DNA of 64,000 nucleotides from an uncultured Rivularia sp. (GTDB lineage: Bacteria; Cyanobacteriota; Cyanobacteriia; Cyanobacteriales; Nostocaceae). This document shows positions 11,192 to 21,981 of this stretch, piece after piece. The translations under genes were made by a program, and so were the position numbers. Location: contig OY762007.1 of the NCBI GenBank assembly GCA_963665115.1, positions 928,001 to 992,000 on the forward strand, written 5' to 3'. The notes under the pieces were generated by a model, which saw nothing but the letters and a program-made list of their open reading frames with translations, was not told the DNA's origin and did not search any database. Position 1 is the stretch's first letter. Each line of letters begins with the position of its first letter.

Positions 11192-13522
11192 ATGAGACAG
11201 GGTAAGGCTGTAGGTACAAATCAAGTGGTAACGGCGCAAAATGTAAATTTAACGAATTGCCATCGCGAAGCAATTCACATTCCAAGTTCGATTCAGCCGC
11301 ATGGTATATTATTCGCTTTGAGCGAGCCGGAATTTACGATTATACAGGTAAGTAATAATACGTTTGAGTATCTTGGTTTGCAGCCGGAGGAGTTGCTAAA
11401 CCGGAAATTGAGTTCTCTACTTGATAAAAGTCAAATTCAAGCAATGCGTATGTGCTTGACGGAGGATTTTGGCAGCGTAAATCCGTTGAAAGTTTCTATC
11501 AAGCTTGGTCAGGAAACCCTAGTATTTACAGGTATAGTTCATCGGAGTGTTGGTGCGGTAATTTTGGAGTTGGAACCGACGCGTTCGACACAGGATGATG
11601 CAAAGTTTTTTGATTTTTATAACTTAGTTAGAAGTCCTTTAAATAAGATACAGAAAAGTTCGACGCTAAGTGAGCTTTGTAATGTAATTGTCAAAGAAAT
11701 CAGGAAAATAACTGGGTTTGACAGGGTAATGGTTTACCGCTTTGATGAAGATGGAGTGGGTGTAGTTATTGCTGAATCTCCTAGAGAAGACTTAGATAAG
11801 TATTTGGGTTTGCGGTATCCTGCTACTGATATTCCCGAGCCAGCTAGAAGGCTGTATATATTGAATTTACTGCGACTGATTCGGGATGTAAACTATCAGC
11901 CAGTAAAGTTAATTCCTGAATTAAATTCCCAGACTAACGAACCTTTGGATATGAGTTTGTCGGTGTTACGCAGCGTTTCACCGCTACATATAGAATATTT
12001 GAAAAATATGGGTGTTACCGCTACGATGGCGGTTTCTTTAGTGAAAGATAAAAAGCTTTGGGGTTTGATTGTTTGTCATCATTGCGATTCGGAGAAAGCG
12101 GTATCTTACGAAATCCGCACGGTGTGTGAATTTTTGGGACAGGTAATGTCGTTTGAACTAGCAGCCAAAGAAGAGAACGAAGATTTAGACTATAAAATGA
12201 AGCTGAAGTTGATTCAGTCTAAGTTTATTGATTCAATTACTCAAGCAGAAGATTTGGTTGACGGTTTAACCAAAAATCCATCCGATTTATTAGATTTAGT
12301 TGGTGCTTCTGGTGTTGTAATTTGTAACGATGGTATCTTAGCCAGAGAAGGTAAAACTCTTACAGAATTACAAATCAACGAGTTAGTTTCTTGGGTAGAA
12401 GCGCAAATGGGTTCGGAAATTATTTTTCATACCAATTCCTTAGCTAGCGTTTATCCAGAAGCAGAAAAGTTTACGGATGTTGGTAGCGGTTTAGTAGCTT
12501 TAGCAATTTCTAAAGTTCAAAAGACTTATATATTATGGTTTCGTCCGGAAGCTATTCAAACGGTAAATTGGGGAAGAAATCCTCATGAACCTGTAGAAGT
12601 ATTGGAAGATGAAAACATCGATATATCTCCCAGAAAATCTTTTAAATTATGGCAGGAAAAGGTAAAAGGAAAATCCTTTGCTTGGAAAGATTGCGAAATT
12701 GAAGCAGCGTTAGAGTTACGGAGTTCGATTGTCGGTATTTTGCTACGGAAAGCAGATGAGTTAGCGAAAGTTAATCTGGAATTAGAACGCAGCAATGATG
12801 ATTTGGATTCTTTTGCTTATATAGCATCTCACGATTTAAAAGAACCGTTGCGGGGAATTCATAATTATTCTAGCTTTTTAATGGAAGATTATGGAGATAC
12901 TTTAGATAGCGATGGAGTTTCTAAGTTAGAAACCTTGATGCGGTTAACCAAGCGGATGGAAAACTTAATTGATTCCTTACTGCATTATTCCCGTTTAGGA
13001 AGAACCGAGCTTTCGCTACATAATACTAATTTGAACGATATTGTTAATAATACCGTTGATGTCATAAAAATTAGCCATAATACAGAGATTGATATTCGCA
13101 TTCCGAGAACATTACCTATAATTAAATGCGATACCACTCAAATTAGCGAACTATTTGGTAATCTAATTAGTAATGGCTTAAAGTATAATGATAAAACAGA
13201 GAAATGGGTAGAAATTGGTTTCATAAACCCGGTGACTGATACCGAACAATATCAAAAAACATACAGCCATCGTAGCGATTCAGAACCACCAATTATTTTT
13301 TATGTTAAAGATAATGGTATCGGAATTCGTGCTAAACATTTAGAAACTGTTTTTCGCATTTTTAAAAGATTACACGCAGCAAATAGATACGGAGGTGGTA
13401 CTGGGGCTGGTTTGACAATAGTTAAAAAAATTGTTGAGCGTCACGGTGGGAATATTTGGGTGGAATCAATTTTTAAAGGCGGCACTACTTTCTATTTTAC
13501 TTTGCAACCCGATCAAGAATGA
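11192..13522 (+). CDS. aphB: Bacteriophytochrome-type photoreceptor histidine kinase (PAS-GAF-PHY-HisKA-HATPase), CphB/AphB-like
   Basis: LTNCHREAIHIPSSIQPHG, DIP motif, SPLH, PRKSF, SHDLKEPL. Confidence 0.85.
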   Translation: MRQGKAVGTNQVVTAQNVNLTNCHREAIHIPSSIQPHGILFALSEPEFTIIQVSNNTFEYLGLQPEELLNRKLSSLLDKSQIQAMRMCLTEDFGSVNPLKVSIKLGQETLVFTGIVHRSVGAVILELEPTRSTQDDAKFFDFYNLVRSPLNKIQKSSTLSELCNVIVKEIRKITGFDRVMVYRFDEDGVGVVIAESPREDLDKYLGLRYPATDIPEPARRLYILNLLRLIRDVNYQPVKLIPELNSQTNEPLDMSLSVLRSVSPLHIEYLKNMGVTATMAVSLVKDKKLWGLIVCHHCDSEKAVSYEIRTVCEFLGQVMSFELAAKEENEDLDYKMKLKLIQSKFIDSITQAEDLVDGLTKNPSDLLDLVGASGVVICNDGILAREGKTLTELQINELVSWVEAQMGSEIIFHTNSLASVYPEAEKFTDVGSGLVALAISKVQKTYILWFRPEAIQTVNWGRNPHEPVEVLEDENIDISPRKSFKLWQEKVKGKSFAWKDCEIEAALELRSSIVGILLRKADELAKVNLELERSNDDLDSFAYIASHDLKEPLRGIHNYSSFLMEDYGDTLDSDGVSKLETLMRLTKRMENLIDSLLHYSRLGRTELSLHNTNLNDIVNNTVDVIKISHNTEIDIRIPRTLPIIKCDTTQISELFGNLISNGLKYNDKTEKWVEIGFINPVTDTEQYQKTYSHRSDSEPPIIFYVKDNGIGIRAKHLETVFRIFKRLHAANRYGGGTGAGLTIVKKIVERHGGNIWVESIFKGGTTFYFTLQPDQE

Positions 13523-13998
13523 TACAACAACTTGTAGAAAAATCACATTTACCTTTACTAATAGTTGAGGATAGCGACGAAGATTTTGAAGCATTCGGAC
13601 GTTTTGTACGGTGTGCTAAGATTTCTAACCCGGTTTATCGCTGCGTTGATGGTGAAGATGCTCTAGACTTTCTTTATCGTCAAGGAGATTATCAAGATTT
13701 AGAACAAGCACCGCGCCCATCTATAATTTTGTTAGATTTAAATTTGCCGGGAACCGATGGAAGAGAAGTTTTAGAACAAATTAAGCAAGACGATAAACTA
13801 AAGACTATTCCAGTTATTGTTTTTACTACTTCATCCAATCCCAAAGATATTGAAACTTGTTATCGCTTCGGTGTGAATAGCTATGTTTTGAAGCCAATAA
13901 ATGTCGATAAATCTAAAGAAGTAATGCAGTCTATTGTCGATTATTGGTTTAACATTGTTGTTCTTCCTGAAGATAATAAGAATTACGACTTATATTAA
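13519..13998 (+). CDS. Single-domain response regulator (Rcp type) of the phytochrome
   Basis: VEDSDED, LLDLNLPG, KP; 4-nt overlap with the phytochrome stop. Confidence 0.9.
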   Translation: MIQQLVEKSHLPLLIVEDSDEDFEAFGRFVRCAKISNPVYRCVDGEDALDFLYRQGDYQDLEQAPRPSIILLDLNLPGTDGREVLEQIKQDDKLKTIPVIVFTTSSNPKDIETCYRFGVNSYVLKPINVDKSKEVMQSIVDYWFNIVVLPEDNKNYDLY

Positions 13999-14323
13999 GA
14001 ATTCAGTTCAATTTATATTAAATTTAGAACATTATTTATTATTTTTGCAAAATTCGGATATTTGGCTTCAGAGGTAGTTAAGTATCATCAGTTTTAGTTT
14101 ATACTTTATCTTGATATCGTAATAGCCGATCTTTCTCTAAATAATCAAGATCAATATAGATATATATGTAATTTAAAGAATTAGTCTCGATCGGATTAGA
14201 CATACTATTATAAAAAGATGTAAAAATTTAAGAATTATCTTTATTCCATGCCCATTCCCCAGTGCTGCTAAGTAATGGAAGTTTTACGTACTTTGAGGCA
14301 AAGCAGCAAAAAGGTAAAACATA

Positions 14324-16600
14324 ATGCAAAATCAGCGCACAATTCTAATTATCGATGATTGCCTCGAAGATAGACAAACCTATCGTCGCTACTTGCAAAA
14401 AGACGATAAATACGACTATACCTTTTTAGAAAAACAGCATGGGGGAGATGGTTTAGAAGCTTGTAAGCAAATCGAACCAGATGTTATTCTGCTTGATTAT
14501 ATGCTTCTAGATATGGATGGTTTAGAATTTTTGCAAAAGTTAAAGCCTTACCGTAATGGTAGTAAACCATCAGTCGTAATGCTGACGGGAGAAGGTAGCG
14601 AAAAAGTTGCTATACAGGCAATGAAGTACGGCGTTGAAGATTATTTGATCAAAGCAGATACAACAGCAGAAAGCCTGCGTCTTGTTGTTAGAAACGTTAT
14701 CGAAAAAATAGTTTTGCAGCAGGAATTAGCAGCGAGCAAGCAGCGTTTCTATGCTTCGGTAGAAAATATGCTCGACTGCTTCGGTATATATCTTTCTATT
14801 CGGGACGATTGCGGGAAAATTCAAGAATTTCGCAGCGAATATTTAAATACTGCGGCTGGTGAAGACAATTTAATCGGCTTAGAAAAACTTGAGAATGAGC
14901 AAGAAAGAGAATTGTTTGAACAGTATTGTCAAGTTGTAGAAACAGGTAAGCCGCTATCAAGAGAAGTTTTATATTTTGTTAGTAATAAAGAAGGAATTTT
15001 AAGTAAAGCTTACGATATTAGAATATCTAAATTAGAAGATGGTTTTGTGGCAACTTGGCGCGATATTACCAAACGCAAACAATCCGAACAAGCATTGCAG
15101 CAAAGCCAGCGTTTAATTCAACAAATCGCCGATACAACGCCAGATTTATTATATTTATATGACTTAAAAGAACAGCGGAATATTTATATTAATTGTCAAA
15201 TACAACAACGTTTGGGTTTTTCTCCTCAGCAGATTCAGGAAATGGGGGTAGATTTATTAAAAAACTTAATTCATCCAGATGATTTACAGCGTTTAAAAGA
15301 TTATCACGAGAAATTTAAATCGGTAAATGACGGTGAAATCTTATCTTTTGAGTACCGAATGCGCGATGCTCAAGATAAATGGCACTGGTTTAGCAGTCGC
15401 GATACAGTGTTTCTAAGAACAAATGATATACCTCGTCAGTTATTGGGAGTAGTTAGAGAAATTACGGCTCAAAAACAATCTCAACAAACTTTAAGAGAAA
15501 GTGAAGCTCGTTTTCGTCACATTTTTGAGTCAGATATGTTAGGAATCATGTTTTGGAAAACCAACGGTAAAATAGTTGATGCCAATACGCGCTTTTTGGA
15601 AATTATTGGCTATAGTCGCGAAGATTTGCAAGCAGGATTAATTCGTTGGGATCGGTTAACACCCGAAGTTTGGCAAGATGTTGATAGACAAGTAATCGAA
15701 GAAATTAAAAGCAATCGAGTTTGTAATCCTTTTGAAAAAGAATATCTTCGTAAAGATGGAAGTAGAGTGGCGATTGTTTTAGGTGCTTCTTTACTAGAAA
15801 ATTCTGGAGATACTGGTGTTTCTTTTATCCTTGATATTACAGAGCGCAAGCGTATAGAGAAAGAACGCGCTCAGTTATTAATTAGCGAACAACAAGCCCG
15901 AGAAGAAGCTGAAGCAGCCAACCGAGCCAAAGACGAATTTGTGGCAATGGTATCTCACGATTTGCGATCGCCACTGAATGCGATTTTAGGCTGGTCGCGA
16001 ATATTACAACAAAAGGGCAACGACGAAGTAACAAGAAACCGTGCTACAGAAATTATTGAGCGTAATGCCAAGACGCAAGACGCATTGATTGAAGATTTAT
16101 TAGATATATCAAGGATTGTACAAGGTAAGCTTGAATTAAAAATTAATTCGGTGAATCTGCAATCTATAGTTAAAGAAGCAATTGATTCAGCATACCCAAT
16201 CGCAATTGCTAAAAATATTCGTTTAGAATCCCAGTTTGATTTTGCAATAGAAAACACCGTGGGGGATGCCAATCGTTTGCAGCAAGTATTGGGAAATTTA
16301 TTAAGTAACGCAATTAAATTTACACCCGAATCGGGATATATAAAAGTTGATTTACAAAAAATAGAAAATACCGCTCAAATTACAGTCAGCGATACAGGAA
16401 AAGGAATTAGCAGCGAGTTGTTACCATTAATTTTTGAACGCTTTCGTCAAGGTAACGACATTGAAACCAAGCAAAAAGGTTTGGGGTTAGGATTGGCGAT
16501 CGCCCATCACTTAGTAGAATTACATAATGGTACAATTACCGCTAAAAGCCCAGGAGAAGGGAAAGGTACCACTTTTATTGTTAGTCTACCTTTGCAGTAA
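14324..16600 (+). CDS. Hybrid histidine kinase (REC-PAS repeats-HisKA-HATPase)
   Basis: IIDD...LLDY receiver, IHPDD PAS-PAC, SHDLRSPL, NAIKFT, GLGLGL. Confidence 0.9.
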   Translation: MQNQRTILIIDDCLEDRQTYRRYLQKDDKYDYTFLEKQHGGDGLEACKQIEPDVILLDYMLLDMDGLEFLQKLKPYRNGSKPSVVMLTGEGSEKVAIQAMKYGVEDYLIKADTTAESLRLVVRNVIEKIVLQQELAASKQRFYASVENMLDCFGIYLSIRDDCGKIQEFRSEYLNTAAGEDNLIGLEKLENEQERELFEQYCQVVETGKPLSREVLYFVSNKEGILSKAYDIRISKLEDGFVATWRDITKRKQSEQALQQSQRLIQQIADTTPDLLYLYDLKEQRNIYINCQIQQRLGFSPQQIQEMGVDLLKNLIHPDDLQRLKDYHEKFKSVNDGEILSFEYRMRDAQDKWHWFSSRDTVFLRTNDIPRQLLGVVREITAQKQSQQTLRESEARFRHIFESDMLGIMFWKTNGKIVDANTRFLEIIGYSREDLQAGLIRWDRLTPEVWQDVDRQVIEEIKSNRVCNPFEKEYLRKDGSRVAIVLGASLLENSGDTGVSFILDITERKRIEKERAQLLISEQQAREEAEAANRAKDEFVAMVSHDLRSPLNAILGWSRILQQKGNDEVTRNRATEIIERNAKTQDALIEDLLDISRIVQGKLELKINSVNLQSIVKEAIDSAYPIAIAKNIRLESQFDFAIENTVGDANRLQQVLGNLLSNAIKFTPESGYIKVDLQKIENTAQITVSDTGKGISSELLPLIFERFRQGNDIETKQKGLGLGLAIAHHLVELHNGTITAKSPGEGKGTTFIVSLPLQ

Positions 16601-16747
16601 TCAGTTATCAATTATCAATTATTAGTTAGAGGTTAATAGTGAATAGTTATTTATGTTCCACAAAAATAGATAGTTAGTAGTGGGAGCATCTTGCTCCCTA
16701 TTTTTTTCTCGCCATCTCGCCATCTCCCCCATCTCCCTATCTCTCTC

Positions 16748-16850
16748 TAAGCTATTGCGTATTCAATTTGTATATGAGAAGCGGGCAAGATGCCCGCACT
16801 ACAATCGTTCAAATTCTTTACCTTACACAATTTAGCTGCACGTCAGCTTA
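16748..16850. mobile_element. Probable MITE with TA ends
   Basis: TAAGCT...AGCTTA termini; internal CGGGCAAGATGCCCG palindrome related to that inside the 5545 element. Confidence 0.55.
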
Positions 16851-18968
16851 TCAATCAGAAATCAAAACACCATAGGCTTCATTAATCGATCGAATCTTCT
16901 CCTGAGCTTCCACTTGTTGCGGTTGATTAACAAATAAATCTGGATGCCATTTTTTGACTAAACTTTTATAAGCTTGTTTGATTTGTGATGGTGAAGCATC
17001 TGGTTTTAAACCAAGAATATTGTAAGCACGAGCAATTTTATCTTTATTAGTTTCGGGTTTCCGATTATCTTTAAATCCAGATGAATGCATTTCTGATTTC
17101 ATCCGTGCAATTTCTTCATCAATTTCCCAGTTAACAAACTTTTTCTCTACATCTTCTTTTTTTGGAGTTTCTTTTTTCTGGCTAGGAGACTTTTTGAAAG
17201 TTCCGACATCTTCTTTTACTCCTTTACCAGAATAACTATATACAGATTTAGCTTGAGGTGAATTTACAGTAGTTTCTTCTATTTCAACCTTAAATTCAGA
17301 TGGAATATAAATTCCTAAAACTTGCTCTAATTCTCTGTTTAAATTATTTAAAGTATTGTGCCATTGTTTTAATTCTTTTCGTTTCGCGGCTATTTGATCG
17401 GAATCTTGATTGACGGGAACAAATTTAATTACTTTATCGGCTTTCCTTTGGTATTCTTCTAAAATAGATAATCCTTGCTGACTTAATTTTAGTAAATATT
17501 CATCAACAGCATTGATACAATTTCTTGCTATTTTCTCGGTATAAGATTCAGTTGTATTCTCACCACCTTCTTGTAAACCTTTATCAAGTAAATAAGCAAT
17601 ACCTCCACCTACAGCAGCCCCAATGGGGCCACCTAGTAACCAACCAATTCCACCAGCGGCTGCATAGGCTCCAGCATCACTATTATTAGAATTACTTGGT
17701 GGAGGTGGTATTTCTATTTCTGGATGAGCAGGAAATTGAATTGATAAGTTTTCTGGTTTTGATTGTGCAAAGAAATCATATGCTTGTTCTAACCATTTTT
17801 CTAAATCAGTTGTTAATTTTTCTAAATCATGTTTTAAATTATTGGTTTCCCAGTTTTTAAAGTTATTGCTAGCTAATTCAGTTGCTGCATCAGCTTGATA
17901 TTTTTCGCATAAATTATTGAAATTAAACCAATCGCGTAGTTTAGATAAGCTTTGAGCAAAACCTTGTTTAATTAATCTTTCTGCTTTAAGTTTAATTTCG
18001 TTTTTAGCTTTGTTTTTGTCATCAAATTCTTTAATCTCATTTTTTAAAGGTGTAATTTTAGTTTTCAAACCCTGTTGAATTTGAGATGCTATTGATTCAA
18101 TTCTTGGAGAAGAAACACTTGCATCATCTTGTTTTAAACTTGTAGCAATATTTTGTAAAGCGGCTTCAAAAGCAACTAAACCGCTGGTATTTGCGGCTGC
18201 AACATCACCTTTCAATCTTGCTCGTAAAGCTGGTAAAGCATCAACTCGATATAAATTGCTTAAACCAGATGGTAATTGAGAGCGAAAGCTTTCTGCAACA
18301 AACCGCAAACGACTTTGGACTTGTTTTTGTTCTTCGGGTTCGAGTAAATTGAGAAAATTGGCAACGAAAACAACTGTTTTAATTCCTCTATCTAACAACC
18401 AATCGCGTAAATTTTCTCGTTCCTCCAAAGTCATTAATTTACGCGCATCGAGTAACTGCACTACTAAATCAGCACTTAATAATTGCTCTTTGACTAAATT
18501 ATTTTGTTCTTCCCTATCGTTAGTGCCCGGTAAATCGAGAAATTCTACACCTGTTTTTAGAAATGGATGGGGAGAAAAAACTTCTACAGATAAAACATCA
18601 TTTCGCATCCTTCTATCGTCATCAAGGATGGCAAATTCCTTTAAAACATCGGTACCGCTGCGATGAATTTGCTTTCCATCTTGAAAAGTAATGCTAGTTT
18701 TTAATACATCACCATATTTAACAGTAATTGCAGCACCAGTAGTAGGGATTAAATCGATTGGTAAAGTCTTATTTCCCAGTAAAGCATTGAGTAAAGTTGA
18801 CTTTCCGTGATTGAAAGGACCAAAAACCGCAATGCGGAAGTTAGGATTTATAAGATGATGGGAAATTGCTTCGACATCGCGGTAAAGTTGAGATGTTGCT
18901 TCTAAGTTTAATGATTTAGCTGTAGATTTAAGAGTTTCTACAAGTTGTTGGTAATTTTGATGCGGCAT
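16851..18968 (-). CDS. Dynamin-like GTPase with C-terminal DnaJ J-domain
   Basis: GPFNHGKST P-loop, PTT, DLPG; Gly-rich hydrophobic paddle; AYNILGL...KKWHPD...INEAY J-domain. Confidence 0.9.
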   Translation of the reverse strand: MPHQNYQQLVETLKSTAKSLNLEATSQLYRDVEAISHHLINPNFRIAVFGPFNHGKSTLLNALLGNKTLPIDLIPTTGAAITVKYGDVLKTSITFQDGKQIHRSGTDVLKEFAILDDDRRMRNDVLSVEVFSPHPFLKTGVEFLDLPGTNDREEQNNLVKEQLLSADLVVQLLDARKLMTLEERENLRDWLLDRGIKTVVFVANFLNLLEPEEQKQVQSRLRFVAESFRSQLPSGLSNLYRVDALPALRARLKGDVAAANTSGLVAFEAALQNIATSLKQDDASVSSPRIESIASQIQQGLKTKITPLKNEIKEFDDKNKAKNEIKLKAERLIKQGFAQSLSKLRDWFNFNNLCEKYQADAATELASNNFKNWETNNLKHDLEKLTTDLEKWLEQAYDFFAQSKPENLSIQFPAHPEIEIPPPPSNSNNSDAGAYAAAGGIGWLLGGPIGAAVGGGIAYLLDKGLQEGGENTTESYTEKIARNCINAVDEYLLKLSQQGLSILEEYQRKADKVIKFVPVNQDSDQIAAKRKELKQWHNTLNNLNRELEQVLGIYIPSEFKVEIEETTVNSPQAKSVYSYSGKGVKEDVGTFKKSPSQKKETPKKEDVEKKFVNWEIDEEIARMKSEMHSSGFKDNRKPETNKDKIARAYNILGLKPDASPSQIKQAYKSLVKKWHPDLFVNQPQQVEAQEKIRSINEAYGVLISD

Positions 18969-19000
18969 AATTATATATTGAAATAAAAATTGTTATTGGT

Positions 19001-19290
19001 GTAGAGACGTAGCACTGCTACGTCTCCGATATTTATGGTTGTAAAGAATCGTTATTCCGGTAAATGCGGAGACGGGTAGATATTACCTCTCCAATATGTA
19101 TTATTCTAAAGAATCGTTATTCCGGTAAATGCGGAGACGGGTAGATATTACCTCTCCAATATGTATTGTTTCTAAAGAATCGTTATTCCGGTAAATGCGG
19201 AGACGGGTAGATATTAGCTCTCCAATATGTATTATTCTAAAGTATCGTTATTCCGGTAAATGCGGAGACGTAATGTATTACGTCTCTACA
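19001..19290. repeat. 65-66 bp tandem repeat (three full copies plus a partial) between two palindromic elements
   Basis: Units begin AAAGAATCGTTATTCCGGTAAATGCGGAGACG at 19043, 19108, 19174 and (one substitution) 19239. Confidence 0.9.
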
Positions 19291-19348
19291 AATCAATCTG
19301 CGGGTAAACTAATTATGTTTTTACAAATCATTTCGCGGGTAAACGACA

Positions 19349-21424
19349 TTAACCGTAATAAGACAGCAAATTACTATAAGCTGATTCAACATTCTGCAAC
19401 TCTGCAAAAATATCTTTCTCTAAAACTTCAAATCGCTTTAATTCCTCATCGCGGTTAATTTCACGATTTTCTTTTTGCTTCAACAAATTATCTAATTCTG
19501 ATTTCCGAGCCGTAATATCATCTTGAATTCTGCTACTTACTTCTTGCTCGTAAGCATCAAAACATTCTTTGACTGCATGATAAACATTCGCAGATTGTTC
19601 TTCCGCTACTTGCGGTAAATATTTTACTAACTCTTTCCTCGCGGTTTTAACTAACTCCTTCCTTGCTCCATCCGCTTGTACAACTCCTACACCTAAGCCT
19701 AATAAAGCAAAACCAATGGGACCTAGAAAAATACCAGTTACAGCGGTGATTATTCCACCAACTCCGATAACAGTAAAGTAATTTAACAAAATATTTTTCC
19801 AGTCAAAACCGGCACCAGCCATTGCAAAACCAGCGAAGTTGCCTCTCGATAAAGATAATAATCCCATTGCCCATTTTGCCCAAGTAGGAGAATTATCTTC
19901 CTCAGCGTTACTATGAGAATTAATTTTAACTTTTTCCCCAGTCAACTTTTGAGTGATGCTATCGGTAACTTGTGTATAGGAAGCACCATATTTTGCCGCA
20001 CTTTGAGATAATTCTTTAAAAGCTGCGGTAATATCTTCTTCAGCAGTTAAGCTCCAAGCAGATAATTTATCAGTAATATATTGTTCAAAAGCTTTTTGCA
20101 GTGCAATATTAAAAGCTTCCCGCTTCCCGCTACTTAAAAAATCAAATAAATTTAATTCTGGCTGATATTGTAAAAAATCAGTTTCAAAAGTATCCCCTAA
20201 ATTTAAAATGTACCTGCGGAAAGAATCGGAAATACTTTTAGCTTGAATATTACGAGTATCTTTAATTTCTTGCTGAAATTCATCACCAATACTTTTAAGT
20301 TTCTCAAATTCTGGTTCTACAGAATCAATTTTTTCACGAAGTTGATCGACATCTTGCTCTAATAAAGGAATTCGTCTTTCAATTGCTTCTTTTGTATGAT
20401 GACAAGCTTGTCTTGCTAATGTTCTTACTTGACGCAATTCAGCAACCGCTCTTTCTCTAGTTAAAAATATATTTAATGCCTGCATGAACTCGGTAAAACC
20501 AGTACCTTTTAGATCGGCAGCAGGATTTTTTAACCGTTTGCGTAAAGCTTGAATTGAGGAAATTGCAAATACTCTTTCGTCGTAAATATCTTGTCCGTCA
20601 ACAACGCAATATTCAGCTAAGTTGGCTTTAAATACTTTATGCAATCTTTCTTCAGCTTCCCGTAATTCTACCTCATCATCTGGATCGATTAAAGCTTCTT
20701 TTACCTGGTCCCAAGCATTAACTAAAAAGAAAACCGATAAACCTCTACCTTTAATATAGTTTTCTAAATAACGGCGCTCTCCCAAAGTACAAGGTTGAGA
20801 AGCTCGCATTACAAATAAAATTGCATGACAGTTATTTACGTAACCCAAAGATAATTCGTTTCGAGCTTCCGTATCGTTCAAACCAGGGCTATCAATGATT
20901 TCAATACCCTTTTCTAATAAAGGTAAAGGATATTCAACCACCGCATGGCTAACATCGGGAAACGCTGGTTTCTTCTCTGCTTCTAACCTTTTAGCTTCCG
21001 CTGGATCGATAGTATACTTATGTTTAAAAGAATCAAAATCTAACTGTTGCGGACTTTTACCATCATTAAAATGAACCGTTACCGTTTTTTCTGCTCCGTA
21101 ACGCAAAACAGTTAAAACAGCAGTACAGGGATTCACATCGCTAGGTAACAATCGTTCGCCAATTAAAGCATTAAGAAAAGTACTCTTTCCTCGCTTCATA
21201 TCTCCTAAAACCAATAACCGAAATACACCTTCGCGGAGATTTTTACTGACAACCTTAATATCTTCAATATCGCGTTCTAAACTTAATTTACCTGAATTTT
21301 CTTCAGAAGCTTTTTCAGCTTTATCTATAGTTTCAACGATTTTATCTAAAGATTGAGATACTTCCGAACGGACTTGGACAACTTTTCCTAAGTCATCTAA
21401 AAAATTATTATCTGTTTGTATCAT
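19349..21424 (-). CDS. Bacterial dynamin-like protein (BDLP1 ortholog)
   Basis: GDMKRGKST, PCT, DSPG, VNAWD; closely matches Nostoc punctiforme BDLP as recalled. Confidence 0.92.
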   Translation of the reverse strand: MIQTDNNFLDDLGKVVQVRSEVSQSLDKIVETIDKAEKASEENSGKLSLERDIEDIKVVSKNLREGVFRLLVLGDMKRGKSTFLNALIGERLLPSDVNPCTAVLTVLRYGAEKTVTVHFNDGKSPQQLDFDSFKHKYTIDPAEAKRLEAEKKPAFPDVSHAVVEYPLPLLEKGIEIIDSPGLNDTEARNELSLGYVNNCHAILFVMRASQPCTLGERRYLENYIKGRGLSVFFLVNAWDQVKEALIDPDDEVELREAEERLHKVFKANLAEYCVVDGQDIYDERVFAISSIQALRKRLKNPAADLKGTGFTEFMQALNIFLTRERAVAELRQVRTLARQACHHTKEAIERRIPLLEQDVDQLREKIDSVEPEFEKLKSIGDEFQQEIKDTRNIQAKSISDSFRRYILNLGDTFETDFLQYQPELNLFDFLSSGKREAFNIALQKAFEQYITDKLSAWSLTAEEDITAAFKELSQSAAKYGASYTQVTDSITQKLTGEKVKINSHSNAEEDNSPTWAKWAMGLLSLSRGNFAGFAMAGAGFDWKNILLNYFTVIGVGGIITAVTGIFLGPIGFALLGLGVGVVQADGARKELVKTARKELVKYLPQVAEEQSANVYHAVKECFDAYEQEVSSRIQDDITARKSELDNLLKQKENREINRDEELKRFEVLEKDIFAELQNVESAYSNLLSYYG

Positions 21425-21826
21425 GATTTTTGATTAAAATAAAATATTTACTCGGAATTATCGCGATTATCGAAGCTAGTTTAATCGTACTTAGCTTCTT
21501 TGAGATTAAAGACATTCAGTAATTTCGTTTCAATTATCATCAATAAGCACCCCCAAACAAATTTATTATGAATACTAGTATTATTATATAAAAATAAATT
21601 AAATTTACAAAAAATCACCTCAGTGTAATTACTGTTTATAATTATAGTTTGTTAAACAATTAATTAGAAGCTGATAAATTAATTTTGGATATTTTGTATT
21701 GGTAAGAATATACTCTATGTCTGATTAGAAGAATACTTTCATATCTAATATTGATAATTAACTTTAAGGTAGGATGTATTTATGTTGTGTCATAAGCAAT
21801 ATTGATTGAATTAAGGAGATATTTTG

Positions 21827-21981
21827 ATGAAGTGGCGTGTAATTCTCGAACCAGATCCAGAAACCGCAGAATGGGCTATTTGGTGTCCCTGAGTTACCTG
21901 GTTGTGTATCAGCAGGAGAAACGCCCTGAAGTTGCTTTAGAAAATATTCGTGAAGCTATAGAGCTTTATCTTGAACCTTAA
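21827..21981 (+). pseudogene. Short HicB-like antitoxin gene with two +1 C frameshifts
   Basis: AAGGAG RBS; corrected frame MKWRVILEPDPETAEWAIWCPELPGCVSAGETPEVALENIREAIELYLEP. Confidence 0.75.

Noticed and set aside
19043..19290. Possible CRISPR array (65-bp period)
   Set aside because: The whole unit repeats, so the would-be spacers are near-identical.
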